Of a stretch of 64,000 nt of DNA, positions 1 through 8,649 are shown in pieces. Every line of letters starts with the position of its first letter. The first letter of the stretch is position 1. Where the stretch lies: NCBI GenBank assembly GCA_026988155.1, contig JALSLW010000001.1, positions 11,869 through 75,868 of the forward strand, written 5' to 3'. Position numbers and translations under genes: made by a program. This DNA comes from Methylomonas sp. Its GTDB lineage: Bacteria > Pseudomonadota > Gammaproteobacteria > Methylococcales > Methylomonadaceae. Below the pieces are notes generated by a model. The model saw nothing but the letters and a program-made list of their open reading frames with translations, was not told the DNA's origin and did not search any database.

Positions 1-375
1 ACTATTGTAAATACCATTCCGCTCTGGCGACAGCAGCTGGCAACTGCAGTAACCATTTTTAGATCATCACAGGCGGCTGAAACAGTAAAAGCCGCCAATG
101 ATCTAACCAATGATTTATTAGAGGCCAATGCAGAAAACCTCAAGCAGGCAAACGCCGAAACACGTAAACAGATTGAGCGCGGAGCGTTTGATATTGAAAC
201 AGTGAAAAAAGCCAACCAAACCTTGATTGCAACCATTGAAGAAAGCTTGCAAATTGCTGATGAAGGTAAAAAAATGCGCAGCGAAGCGGTTCTTGAATTA
301 GAAAAATGTGAATCGGAACTGCGTCATGCCCTGACTGAAGCACATGCTAAACCTGCAAATAAGGCTGAATCATAA
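1..375 (+). CDS. TelA/KlaA-family toxic-anion-resistance protein, C-terminal fragment (5' end lies outside the window)
   Basis: Frame +1 is open from base 1 to TAA at 373-375. It is absent from the ORF track because it has no start in the window. My translation ...IPLWRQQLATAVTIFRSSQAAETVKAANDLTNDLLEANAENLKQANAETRKQIERGAFDIETVKKANQTLIATIEESLQIADEGKKMR... matches the coiled-coil C-terminal pattern I associate with TelA. The 140..343 minus ORF is antisense to it. Confidence 0.7.
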   Translation, partial: TIVNTIPLWRQQLATAVTIFRSSQAAETVKAANDLTNDLLEANAENLKQANAETRKQIERGAFDIETVKKANQTLIATIEESLQIADEGKKMRSEAVLELEKCESELRHALTEAHAKPANKAES

Positions 376-386
376 GGAGTAAAGCA

Positions 387-1472
387 ATGGGTTTTCTGGA
401 TAAGATTTTTGGCGAATTTGTCGATATAATCGAATGGACTGATGACAGCAATGACACCATGGTGTATCGCTTTGAGCGCTATGGGAATGAGATAAAATAT
501 GGCGCCATGCTGACAGTCAGGGCATCACAGACAGCAATACTGGTTAAAGAAGGGCGGATAGCAGACTGTTACGAACCTGGTTTATACCAGCTGGAAACGC
601 GTAATATGCCAGTGTTAACCACTGTAGAAAATTGGCCTAGTGGGTTTAGCAGCCCATTCAAAGCCGAGGTCTATTTCTTTAATATGCACCGCTTTACTGA
701 TTTGAAATGGGGAACCAAAAACCCAATCATGCTGCGCGATAAAGAATTTGGCCCTGTAAGGCTGCGAGCTTATGGAACTTATTCAATCAGAATCCAAGAC
801 CCTTTAACCTTTTTAAAAGAAATTGTCGGTACAGACGGACATTTTTCTACCGATGATATTAGCAAACAATTGCGCAACCTGATTGTCTCTCGGTTTTCTA
901 ATCTAATAGGTGAATCCAATATTCCAATCTTAGATTTAGCCGCCAATTACGATGATTTAAGTGACTTTGTAACAAAAGCAATTAACCCTGCCTTTGAAGC
1001 ATATGGTCTTAGTGTTGAGAATTTAATGGTGGAAAATATTTCTTTGCCGACAAAAGTTGAAGAGGCTTTGGATAAACGGACCAGCATGGGAATTGTCGCT
1101 GACCTGGGAAAATATACTCAATATCAGATGGCAGAAGCAATGGAAGCAGCCGCTAACAATCCATCAGGCAGTGCCAGCGAAGGCATTGGAATGGGTATGG
1201 GCTTTGCCGTTGCACGGGAAATGAGCCAGGGCTTAAATAAACAGCAGGCTTCTCCGCCCTCTATTCCAGTATCAGTAAGCTATTACATTGCAATAGAAGG
1301 CAAACAGCAAGGGCCTTTTACTGAACCCCAAATACTGCAGAAAATTCAGGCTGGAGACATTCACAGGAAGACTCTGGTTTGGTATGCAGGCTTAGCCGAA
1401 TGGACGCAAGCAGAGCAGATTGCTGTATTTTCAGATACCTTTAAGCACCTGCCCCCGCCGATACCACAATAA
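387..1472 (+). CDS. SPFH/Band-7 domain protein with C-terminal GYF_2 (DUF4339) domain (YdjI-like)
   Basis: The N-terminus MGFLDKIFGEFVDIIEWTD...MVYRFERYGNEIKYGAMLTVRASQ is typical of YdjI-type SPFH proteins. The C-terminus YYIAIEGKQQGPFTEPQILQKIQAGDIHRKTLVWYAGLAEWTQAEQI fits the GYF_2 pattern. RBS AAGGAG lies upstream. The gene follows telA. Confidence 0.8.
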   Translation: MGFLDKIFGEFVDIIEWTDDSNDTMVYRFERYGNEIKYGAMLTVRASQTAILVKEGRIADCYEPGLYQLETRNMPVLTTVENWPSGFSSPFKAEVYFFNMHRFTDLKWGTKNPIMLRDKEFGPVRLRAYGTYSIRIQDPLTFLKEIVGTDGHFSTDDISKQLRNLIVSRFSNLIGESNIPILDLAANYDDLSDFVTKAINPAFEAYGLSVENLMVENISLPTKVEEALDKRTSMGIVADLGKYTQYQMAEAMEAAANNPSGSASEGIGMGMGFAVAREMSQGLNKQQASPPSIPVSVSYYIAIEGKQQGPFTEPQILQKIQAGDIHRKTLVWYAGLAEWTQAEQIAVFSDTFKHLPPPIPQ

Positions 1473-1487
1473 AAAGTTGCCAGCATT

Positions 1488-2678
1488 TTGAAATTAACAA
1501 AAGTTACTGAGGAGCCAGTATCAGAACGCTTCCCCTGTAAACAATGCGGTGCAATATTAAAATACGCACCCGGTACTCAGCATCAAGTCTGTGTCTATTG
1601 CAACTTTGAAAATTATATAGAACTTCACGCAGGCGTTATTAAAGAATACCCTTTACCGGAAGCTTTAAAAAAATTATCAGAACACCGTCCGGTACCGCCT
1701 AAAAAACAAATTCATTGTGATGAATGTGGGGCGACTTTTCAGTTTGAATCAAGTGTACATTCAGGGGAGTGCCCATTTTGCGGTACGCCGATCGTGGTAT
1801 CAACCCTGCAAAGCAAAATGATTCAGCCTAAATCATTGCTGCCTTTTAGTATTGATAGGAAAACAGCTCACAAGCTGTTTGATAATTGGCTGAAAGGCCT
1901 GTGGTTTGCGCCTAATGCAGTTAAAAAATTTGCCAGAAGAGATACTAAATTAAGAGGTGTTTATTTACCTTACTGGACTTTTGATAGTGAAACCGTCACG
2001 CGCTATCATGGTGAAAGGGGGGATGTCTATTATGTAAGGCAAAATGTTCGGGTAAGGCGAGGAAATCATCTGGTGACAGAGGTTCGTCGAGTACCTAAAA
2101 TTCGATGGACTCCTGTTTCAGGTCGCGTTTCACGTTTTTTTGACGACGTACTGATCGGTGCCAGCCGGTCTCTGCCCCGTAGAATTGCAGATGCACTTGA
2201 GCCATGGGATTTAGATCAGTTAACCCCTTACGATGAAAAATATCTCAGCGGATTTCAAAGCGAGTTTTATCAGGTAGAAATCGACAAAGGTTTTGATTAT
2301 GCCAAGCAGGTTATGGACAATCAAATCTATCGGGATATCGCCTTTGACATTGGCGGTGCTCATCAGAGGATTCACTCGACCCATACAGCTCATACTGAAA
2401 ATACCTATAAACATTGCCTATTGCCGATCTGGTCTGCCGCTTTCAGGTACAGAGACAAATCATACCGTTTTGTGATTAATGGACGGACAGGTGCGGTACA
2501 GGGCGATCGTCCATATAGCGTGTGGAAAATTGCTTTTGCCGTGCTGGCAGCTTTAATCATTTTTGCGACAGGCGCAATTGTGACGGATGGAATGAGAGCA
2601 GATAATATTCATCGACAGGGCGACTATTATTACCCTCAGCCTACTAATGACTACAATTATCAATATAAACGATATTGA
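1488..2678 (+). CDS. Zinc-ribbon membrane protein (YdjG-like partner of SPFH/TelA modules)
   Basis: Two CxxC...CxxC ribbons are present (CKQCGA...CVYCNF and CDECGA...CPFCGT), plus a C-terminal hydrophobic helix IAFAVLAALIIFATGAIV. The start is TTG in the ORF track, so the start is uncertain. Confidence 0.6.
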   Translation: MKLTKVTEEPVSERFPCKQCGAILKYAPGTQHQVCVYCNFENYIELHAGVIKEYPLPEALKKLSEHRPVPPKKQIHCDECGATFQFESSVHSGECPFCGTPIVVSTLQSKMIQPKSLLPFSIDRKTAHKLFDNWLKGLWFAPNAVKKFARRDTKLRGVYLPYWTFDSETVTRYHGERGDVYYVRQNVRVRRGNHLVTEVRRVPKIRWTPVSGRVSRFFDDVLIGASRSLPRRIADALEPWDLDQLTPYDEKYLSGFQSEFYQVEIDKGFDYAKQVMDNQIYRDIAFDIGGAHQRIHSTHTAHTENTYKHCLLPIWSAAFRYRDKSYRFVINGRTGAVQGDRPYSVWKIAFAVLAALIIFATGAIVTDGMRADNIHRQGDYYYPQPTNDYNYQYKRY

Positions 2679-2704
2679 TAATTGTAGTCATTAGTAGGCT
2701 GAGG
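2634..2704. repeat. Perfect 32-bp inverted repeat (7-nt loop) spanning the stop codon of the preceding CDS
   Basis: Left arm 2634-2665 is CCTCAGCCTACTAATGACTACAATTATCAATA. Loop TAAACGA is at 2666-2672. Right arm 2673-2704 is the exact reverse complement. The stop TGA (2676-2678) lies in the right arm. Confidence 0.9.
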
Positions 2705-2750
2705 CCTCGCGCTCTGCTACATAGAACATGGGAAAATTAAAATAAAATTC

Positions 2751-3437
2751 ATGATTTTTAAAAACAATATATTACTCACTTTTTTGCTGCTATTTTTTAG
2801 TGCCGGCAGCTTTTCCCACGGGGTTGACAGCAGCACAGAGTATTTCTTAACCACCAATCAAAGCACAGCCATCGTACCTTTTTTATACATCGGTGCTAAA
2901 CATATGGTCACAGGATATGATCATTTACTATTTTTAGTCGGCGTTATCTTTTTTCTATTTCGCCTCCGTGACATTTTAATTTACGTCAGTCTTTTTACCC
3001 TGGGCCACAGTATCACTTTATTGTTTGGTGTGTTTGCCCATATAAATATAAATGCCTATTTAATTGACTCAGTCATTGCATTTTCAATTATCTATAAAGG
3101 CTTTGATAATTTGGGGGGCTTTAAGCTGTTATTGGGTAAAGAGCCAAATACCAAAATAGCAGTATTCATTTTTGGCCTGTTTCATGGTTTTGGCTTAGCA
3201 ACAAAATTACAGGATTTTGATCTGCCTCAAGAAAATTTAATTGCAAATATGATAGCCTTTAATGTTGGTGTTGAAATAGGCCAGTGCATAGCACTGCTGT
3301 TCATTCTTACTCTGCTTGGATTTTGGCGCAGACATGAAAGCTATTTTACCTTTGCAAAAACTTCAAATACGTTATTAATGACGGGGGGCTTAGTTCTATT
3401 AGGCTATCAGTTAACCGGCTATTTCACCTCAATATAA
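2751..3437 (+). CDS. HupE/UreJ-family membrane protein
   Basis: Signal-like N-terminus, then a polytopic membrane protein with GYDHLLFLVGV, LFHGFGLA and GVEIGQ motifs typical of HupE/UreJ_2-type proteins. Confidence 0.7.
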   Translation: MIFKNNILLTFLLLFFSAGSFSHGVDSSTEYFLTTNQSTAIVPFLYIGAKHMVTGYDHLLFLVGVIFFLFRLRDILIYVSLFTLGHSITLLFGVFAHININAYLIDSVIAFSIIYKGFDNLGGFKLLLGKEPNTKIAVFIFGLFHGFGLATKLQDFDLPQENLIANMIAFNVGVEIGQCIALLFILTLLGFWRRHESYFTFAKTSNTLLMTGGLVLLGYQLTGYFTSI

Positions 3438-3438
3438 A

Positions 3439-3996
3439 ATGGATACTATACCTAAAGTGTCAATTAGATCACTAATTTTTTCATCTATTGCCTCACTGAT
3501 ATTGGCGATTATTATTTTGCTGATTGCAGTATTGCCAGCCGAGTATAATATTGATCCCACTGGCTTAGGTAAAAGGCTGGGCTTAACCGTACTTGCACAG
3601 ACGGATGACAGTGCTGAAAAATCTGCTGTTATTTCCTGTTCTGATACTGCTAAAGCGAAGCAGACAGAAGGGAAAGAATGGCAAGATACAGTGATAATTA
3701 CAGTCCCGCCTAAAAAGGGGCTCGAATATAAATTTCATATCGAAAAAGGCGAAAAGTTTGAATTTGTCTGGAAAACAGACGGTGCGTCTTTATATTTTGA
3801 TTTTCACGGTGAACCGCAGGGCAATACCACAGGATATTTTAAAAGTTTTAAAGAAAGCACACAGAGTGAATCAAGCGGCACATTAGTCGCCCCATTCACT
3901 GGAGCACATGGCTGGTACTGGGAAAATAAAAGTCGCAGTCCAGTCGTCATTAATTTAAAAACCCGTGGGCAATATACAATAAAGGGTTTAATGTGA
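3439..3996 (+). CDS. Membrane-anchored hypothetical protein
   Basis: One N-terminal TM helix (LIFSSIASLILAIIILLIAVL) precedes a ~130-aa soluble domain. The start is 1 nt after the HupE-like stop, suggesting co-transcription. I recognise no family. Confidence 0.55.
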   Translation: MDTIPKVSIRSLIFSSIASLILAIIILLIAVLPAEYNIDPTGLGKRLGLTVLAQTDDSAEKSAVISCSDTAKAKQTEGKEWQDTVIITVPPKKGLEYKFHIEKGEKFEFVWKTDGASLYFDFHGEPQGNTTGYFKSFKESTQSESSGTLVAPFTGAHGWYWENKSRSPVVINLKTRGQYTIKGLM

Positions 3997-4008
3997 GAGG
4001 AATTTGGT

Positions 4009-5148
4009 TTGGGTTTGAGTTTAAATAGTTATCAAAATGTAGATAGGGAGCAGTTAGCCAAGGATCTAAATAAAATTCACCAGGACGTGCTATCAAGAAT
4101 AGGTGAACAGGATTTTAAGCATTTAAAGAAAATGGAGCGCTGGGGCAGGCTCTGTTCATTGCTAGGCTATGGCACAGCATGGATTATGCCCAATCCAGTA
4201 TCAGCTTTATTAATAAGCCAGGGCAGCTTTACCCGCTGGACGCAAATGACTCACCCCATTGTGCATAAAGGCTACGACAAAATTGCCAACGTCCCACCCA
4301 AATATACCAGTAAGAAATTTGCAAGGGGCTGGAGACGCTTTTTAGACTGGCCCGACTGGATCACGCCAGCTGGCTGGCATCAGGAGCATGACATTCTTCA
4401 TCATTACAATTTAGGTGAAAAGTTAGATCCCGACCATTTACAGCATAATATGGAATGGCTAAGACAATCCAAAGTCCCCATGTGGCTACGTTTTGTTATA
4501 GTTTCTGGTTTTACTGCACTCTGGAAAATCCTTTACTACACGCCACGGGCGCATAAAGAATTCGTTATAAGTCAGGCAAGGCAAAATAGAGAAGTCCAGC
4601 CTGTATTTACTAGAGCAGGAGCATGGAGTATTTTTACTAAACAGGGAAAAGCGTTGTGGTTTGAAAGCATTTTGCCCTACGCCGGATTCCGTTTTGTATT
4701 TCTTCCCTTGCTTTTTTTACCTTTAGGCGCAGTAGCAGCAAGCAGCGTGCTATTAAATTCTATTTTGGCGGAAGTATTTACCAATATGCACACCTTTTTA
4801 GTGATTGTTCCGAATCACGCAGGTGATGATGTAATGATGTTTGAAGAAAAAGGCAAAGGCAAAGGCGAATTTTATTTGCGCCAGATTTTAGGTTCAGTCA
4901 ATTATCCAACAGGTTCCGATGCCAATGACTTTTTTTATGGATGGCTGAACTATCAGGTTGAACATCATTTATGGCCAGATATTCCACTGAGCCAATATCA
5001 ATATGCACAGCCTAAAGTTGTTGAAGTCTGCAAAAAACATGGCATTCCTTATCGCCAGGATTCTGTTTTTAAAAGGCTTTTTAAGGCAATGGATATTATG
5101 GTTGGTCGAACTTCGATGTTGAAGCCTTTGAAGGCTAAAGCTGTTTAA
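4009..5148 (+). CDS. Membrane fatty-acid desaturase family protein
   Basis: Three histidine boxes are present: HPIVH, HDILHH and VEHHLW, with hydrophobic segments between them. TTG start in the ORF track. Confidence 0.8.
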   Translation: MGLSLNSYQNVDREQLAKDLNKIHQDVLSRIGEQDFKHLKKMERWGRLCSLLGYGTAWIMPNPVSALLISQGSFTRWTQMTHPIVHKGYDKIANVPPKYTSKKFARGWRRFLDWPDWITPAGWHQEHDILHHYNLGEKLDPDHLQHNMEWLRQSKVPMWLRFVIVSGFTALWKILYYTPRAHKEFVISQARQNREVQPVFTRAGAWSIFTKQGKALWFESILPYAGFRFVFLPLLFLPLGAVAASSVLLNSILAEVFTNMHTFLVIVPNHAGDDVMMFEEKGKGKGEFYLRQILGSVNYPTGSDANDFFYGWLNYQVEHHLWPDIPLSQYQYAQPKVVEVCKKHGIPYRQDSVFKRLFKAMDIMVGRTSMLKPLKAKAV

Positions 5149-5254
5149 AGTGCGAAAATAAGTAATTTCTGACTAGTGTTCCGTCAAGTTTGGACTGATG
5201 GATAAACGCCGATTAAATGAATGCTGTCATCTCGGTAATTGGAGAGATCTTATA

Positions 5255-5414
5255 AGGTAACGCGCATTAAATAACCTACCCAGATTGCGCAGGATTTTTA
5301 TTCGTCTTCAAGGCGCAACGAAGGGAACATAGCAAGCTATGTGGCCGAAGTTGCAACGCTGAAGACGGATAAAAAGACAAGCAAGATTGGTGGATTATTT
5401 ATTGCGAGTTGCCT
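5255..5414. repeat. 160-bp imperfect palindromic repeat, family 1, copy A
   Basis: AGGTAACGCGCATTAAATAACCTACC...CATAGCAAGCTATG...GGTGGATTATTTATTGCGAGTTGCCT. It differs from the copies at 46001-46160 and 49856-50015 by 5-6 substitutions, counted by eye. Confidence 0.9.
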
Positions 5415-5459
5415 AAGTACCCAAGTAAAATTAATTTAATAGTTTTACTTGGGTACTTA
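5414..5459. repeat. 46-bp hairpin repeat (family 2, short form), copy 1, abutting family-1 copy A
   Basis: TAAGTACCCAAGTAAAATTAATTTAATAGTTTTACTTGGGTACTTA has a 17-bp stem. An identical 46-mer lies at 17427-17472, and the same arms form the ends of the 162-bp element at 61357-61518. Confidence 0.9.
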
Positions 5460-5755
5460 ATCTGGAATTAATAAGATTTCTCGGCAATCGCTTCATGCAT
5501 TGCCCACCTTCAGTGGCCTGCTATCATCCCGCAGGTCAAGACTTGGTATAGCTCAATAGCCCTCGATTATTGCAAGCAGTCATATTCCATTTAAATGTTA
5601 TTCAGGTTCTATTCAAAACCTGCCCTACCGTGACACAAAAAACTCTCTTGCTAAAAATACTTTCCACAAAATACTACTCTATATTTTCATTGATCTAATC
5701 AAATATGCTATGCAGTTATAAAAAATATTTAATTTTAATCCAGCATTTACTGTAC

Positions 5756-5784
5756 TTGTCATAAAGCTGTCATATTTATTTCAT
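5756..5784 (+). promoter_or_regulatory. Candidate Pho-box array (three 7-mers at 11-bp spacing)
   Basis: TTGTCAT (5756-5762), CTGTCAT (5767-5773) and ATTTCAT (5778-5784), compared with the PhoB direct-repeat consensus CTGTCAT-N4-CTGTCAT. It lies about 400 bp upstream of phoB in a 1-kb non-coding gap, so the target transcript is unclear. Confidence 0.35.
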
Positions 5785-5800
5785 AAACTACAACCGCAGT

Positions 5801-5817
5801 AGCGTTCAACTGATTTA
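5801..5817. repeat. Solo copy of the terminal segment of the 260-bp palindromic element found at 23813-24072
   Basis: AGCGTTCAACTGATTTA matches 24040-24056. I saw no partner arm nearby. Confidence 0.6.
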
Positions 5818-6189
5818 ATTAAATCTAAAAAGACCGGCTGAATGCAACACTGCCTAAATACATAAATACCCTGCCTATAGCCAAAAATAATAACCTTTTT
5901 TCACCGGGCACTATTGGAGCCCATTCAACTTCTTTCTCACTTCATAACTGGCAGCATTTTATAATCGAAATAATTATTTTCAACCATAAATATAATGCAT
6001 GGAATTGTTGCCAATCAATTTTAAGCACTATTTTAGAATGACAAATCATACGGGGCAGTTACAATTAGTTTAACAATCTCCTTCCATTCCCTTTTCAAGG
6101 GGGCGATGGTTTTAAAGGTAAAAAATGAAACATTTAATAAGCAGAGCACACATTTCTCATTTATTTGATGAAGAAGATAAAATAAAAAA

Positions 6190-6885
6190 ATGACTACTTT
6201 AAATATACTCATTGTTGAAGATGAAGATGCCATCAGGGAAATGTTAGTGATGGTAATGGAGCAGGCCTCTCTAAATGTTATTGCCGTTGCCAGTGCAGAA
6301 GAAGCACAGCACTCGTTAGCAGATAATGCCAGACCGGATCTAATTTTATTGGACTGGATGCTGCCCGGAATTAGTGGCGTTGAATTTGCCCGGCGACTGA
6401 AGCAGGATGATTTATTCAAAGAATTGCCTATCATTCTGTTAACCGCACGTGGTGAAGAAGAAGATAAAGTGCGGGGCCTTGAAATAGGTGCCGATGATTA
6501 TGTTACCAAACCATTTTCGCCAAAAGAACTTGTAGCCCGTATTAAAGCTGTACTGAGGCGAAGCGGAAAAAATATAGCAGAAGAAATATTAAAGGTAAAA
6601 GACATTTCCCTTGATATTGACAAACACCGCATCACCATTGGCAATAAAGTAGTAATTGTTAGCCCTACCGAATTTAAATTGATGCATTTTTTTATGACCC
6701 ATCAGGATAATGTCTACAGTAGAACCCAGTTATTGGACCAGGTTTGGGGGCGTAGCGCCTATATTGAAGAAAGAACGGTCGATGTACATATCAGGCGGCT
6801 GCGCAAGATTCTTAAAGATTATGGCAAAGATGAGCTAGTGCAAACTGTTAGAGGGTTTGGCTACCGTTTTTCAGTGATTGAATAA
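6190..6885 (+). CDS. phoB: Phosphate regulon response regulator PhoB
   Basis: Receiver domain (ILIVEDEDAIREML, LILLDWMLPGISG, TKPFSPKEL) plus an OmpR-type winged helix (RTVDVHIRRLRK...VRGFGYRF). The stop overlaps the kinase start (TAATG). Confidence 0.88.
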   Translation: MTTLNILIVEDEDAIREMLVMVMEQASLNVIAVASAEEAQHSLADNARPDLILLDWMLPGISGVEFARRLKQDDLFKELPIILLTARGEEEDKVRGLEIGADDYVTKPFSPKELVARIKAVLRRSGKNIAEEILKVKDISLDIDKHRITIGNKVVIVSPTEFKLMHFFMTHQDNVYSRTQLLDQVWGRSAYIEERTVDVHIRRLRKILKDYGKDELVQTVRGFGYRFSVIE

Positions 6886-8174
6886 TGAAAATGTTGTGGC
6901 TTTGGCGTAAAGAGGCAAGTTATATTGCGCTGCTTATTACAATAGCAGCAGTATTAGGCCATTTTTTTGGCTATTTCATGCATATGCTGGTAATAATTTT
7001 AGCCTACTCACTGGTGAAACAGGCATTCTTATTATATCGCCTAGAACAATGGCTAAGCCTTGGCGCTAGCGGTAAAACACCAACAGGAACGGGGATTTGG
7101 AACGATATTTATTATCATTTTTCTCGCATTAGACAAAAAGAGAAAAACAGAAAAAAAACATTCGGCAAAATTATTGAACAGTTTCGTAAATCAACCGATG
7201 TTTTACCTGATGCTGCCATTGTATTAGGCGACCGTGATGAAATTGTCTGGTCTAATAAATTAGCCAAAATAATGTTAGGTATTAAAAAGTCTGACCGAGG
7301 CCAAAGTGTTGATAGCCTTATTAGATCAGCTGAATTTATCAATTTTCTTAAAAAAAGAGATATAAACAATTCATTAACCTTGCCCTCCCCAGTTAATGAC
7401 AAAATTATTTTGCAATATAAAATTGTGGGCTATGCGGAGAGACAGCATTTAATTATTGCTCATGACGTTACTCAGCAAAAACTGATGGAGGCAATGCGTA
7501 AAAATTTTGTGGATAATGTCTCCCATGAACTCAGAACCCCACTGACGGTATTAAAAGGCTATATCGAAACTTTACAGGATATGGATAACAGCCTATCACC
7601 CTTACTAAGCAATTCATTGCAGCAAATGAATTCCCAGACTGATCGCATGCAATATTTAGTTGATGATTTGCTATTATTGGCTCGACTGGAAACTGCAAAA
7701 AAGAAAGAAACAGAATGTGTTGATATTGCCAATCTGATTAATAATATCAGCCTAGAAAGCAGAGTAGTAGAAGATCAATATCAGCGTATAGAATTAGAAA
7801 TTGAAACTGGCCTTGATATTATGGGCGAAGAACAGGATTTACGCAGTGCATTTTCTAATTTGATTACGAATGCATTAAAGTATTCTGCAGAGCAGTCCCC
7901 TGTTAAGGTTATATGGAAAAAAGTGGGCAAAGAAGCAATATTTGAAGTGGTTGATCAGGGTGAAGGCATTGCGGCTTCAGATATTCCCAGAGTGACAGAG
8001 CGCTTTTTCAGGGCGAAAGTCAAGCGTAGCAAAAAATTAAGTGGCACAGGTTTAGGCCTAGCAATTGTTAAGCATGTATTGATACGGCATGATGCCAAGC
8101 TGGAAATAAAAAGCAAGATTGGGGAAGGCAGTCGGTTTAGGTGTGTTTTTCCTGTTGCGAGGATTTGTTTTTAA
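6885..8174 (+). CDS. phoR: Phosphate regulon sensor histidine kinase PhoR
   Basis: Two N-terminal TM helices, a charged linker (RIRQKEKNRKK), a PAS-like region, H-box NFVDNVSHELRTPLTVLKGYIETL and the ATP-binding motifs NLITNALKYS, DQGEGI and GTGLGLAIVKH. Confidence 0.88.
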   Translation: MKMLWLWRKEASYIALLITIAAVLGHFFGYFMHMLVIILAYSLVKQAFLLYRLEQWLSLGASGKTPTGTGIWNDIYYHFSRIRQKEKNRKKTFGKIIEQFRKSTDVLPDAAIVLGDRDEIVWSNKLAKIMLGIKKSDRGQSVDSLIRSAEFINFLKKRDINNSLTLPSPVNDKIILQYKIVGYAERQHLIIAHDVTQQKLMEAMRKNFVDNVSHELRTPLTVLKGYIETLQDMDNSLSPLLSNSLQQMNSQTDRMQYLVDDLLLLARLETAKKKETECVDIANLINNISLESRVVEDQYQRIELEIETGLDIMGEEQDLRSAFSNLITNALKYSAEQSPVKVIWKKVGKEAIFEVVDQGEGIAASDIPRVTERFFRAKVKRSKKLSGTGLGLAIVKHVLIRHDAKLEIKSKIGEGSRFRCVFPVARICF

Positions 8175-8649
8175 AGACACCTTTAATAATTGCCTATAAT
8201 TTATTGATATAAACACAGGTCTGTGCATATTTCTCTAACAAGCACTTCCAAGAGACCTTCTTTTTCTCATTCTCAAGCCCTGCTTTGCTCTCTTATTACT
8301 ACACTATCTTCCATCAGTGTCTTTTCTTTTTTCATCCTTATACACAAACTCACTCTTGAATTCAGCGCCATTCCCGTGTTCTTTTCGGAATTCAATGTCT
8401 TTGTGTATTGTCCAGGTTTAATAGAGTATTATAATCTACCAGAACAGAAGAAATTAACCAGTAATTGTCAAATTTCATAATTAGCTTGTATATATTTTTG
8501 AGTTTTATTCCCGTTCTATTTTTTTGTTCAGGCACAATCCTTTATGTTCTAAATTCATAAAGGATGAATCAGCTTATATGATATTTCATCTATATAAAAA
8601 CTTGTATCCATTTAATTACAACCTAACAAAGTGTTGATTTACTAATAAA

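Noticed and set aside
140-343. Numerous 60-130-aa ORFs antisense to or embedded in long, well-supported genes. Examples are 140..343, 2220..2414, 6033..6434, 7115..7402, 9170..9454, 16989..17303, 27174..27503, 34811..35119, the 40579..42864 set, 50814..51404 and 54113..55156.
   Set aside because: Each lies inside a longer ORF on another frame or strand that has clear family motifs. Their sequences are low-complexity or have atypical composition, so I do not report them as genes.
5255-5414. The 160-bp palindromes (copies A, B and C) considered as integron attC sites or a cluster of attC sites lacking an integrase, because they have AAC...GTT near their ends.
   Set aside because: The terminal heptamers AGGTAAC/GTTGCCT fit RYYYAAC/GTTRRRY poorly. 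At 160 bp they exceed typical attC sizes. They differ completely from the attC-like site next to the real cassette, and the segments between them hold several genes in mixed orientation. An attC covariance-model scan would settle this.
8223-8480. An 85-aa ORF in the phoR to polysaccharide-locus spacer.
   Set aside because: The region is a pyrimidine-rich (CT-rich) tract, the predicted peptide is Ser/Leu/Phe-rich and low-complexity, and the start is GTG. It is more likely non-coding. I also looked here for an ops/JUMPstart GGCGGTAG element and did not find one.
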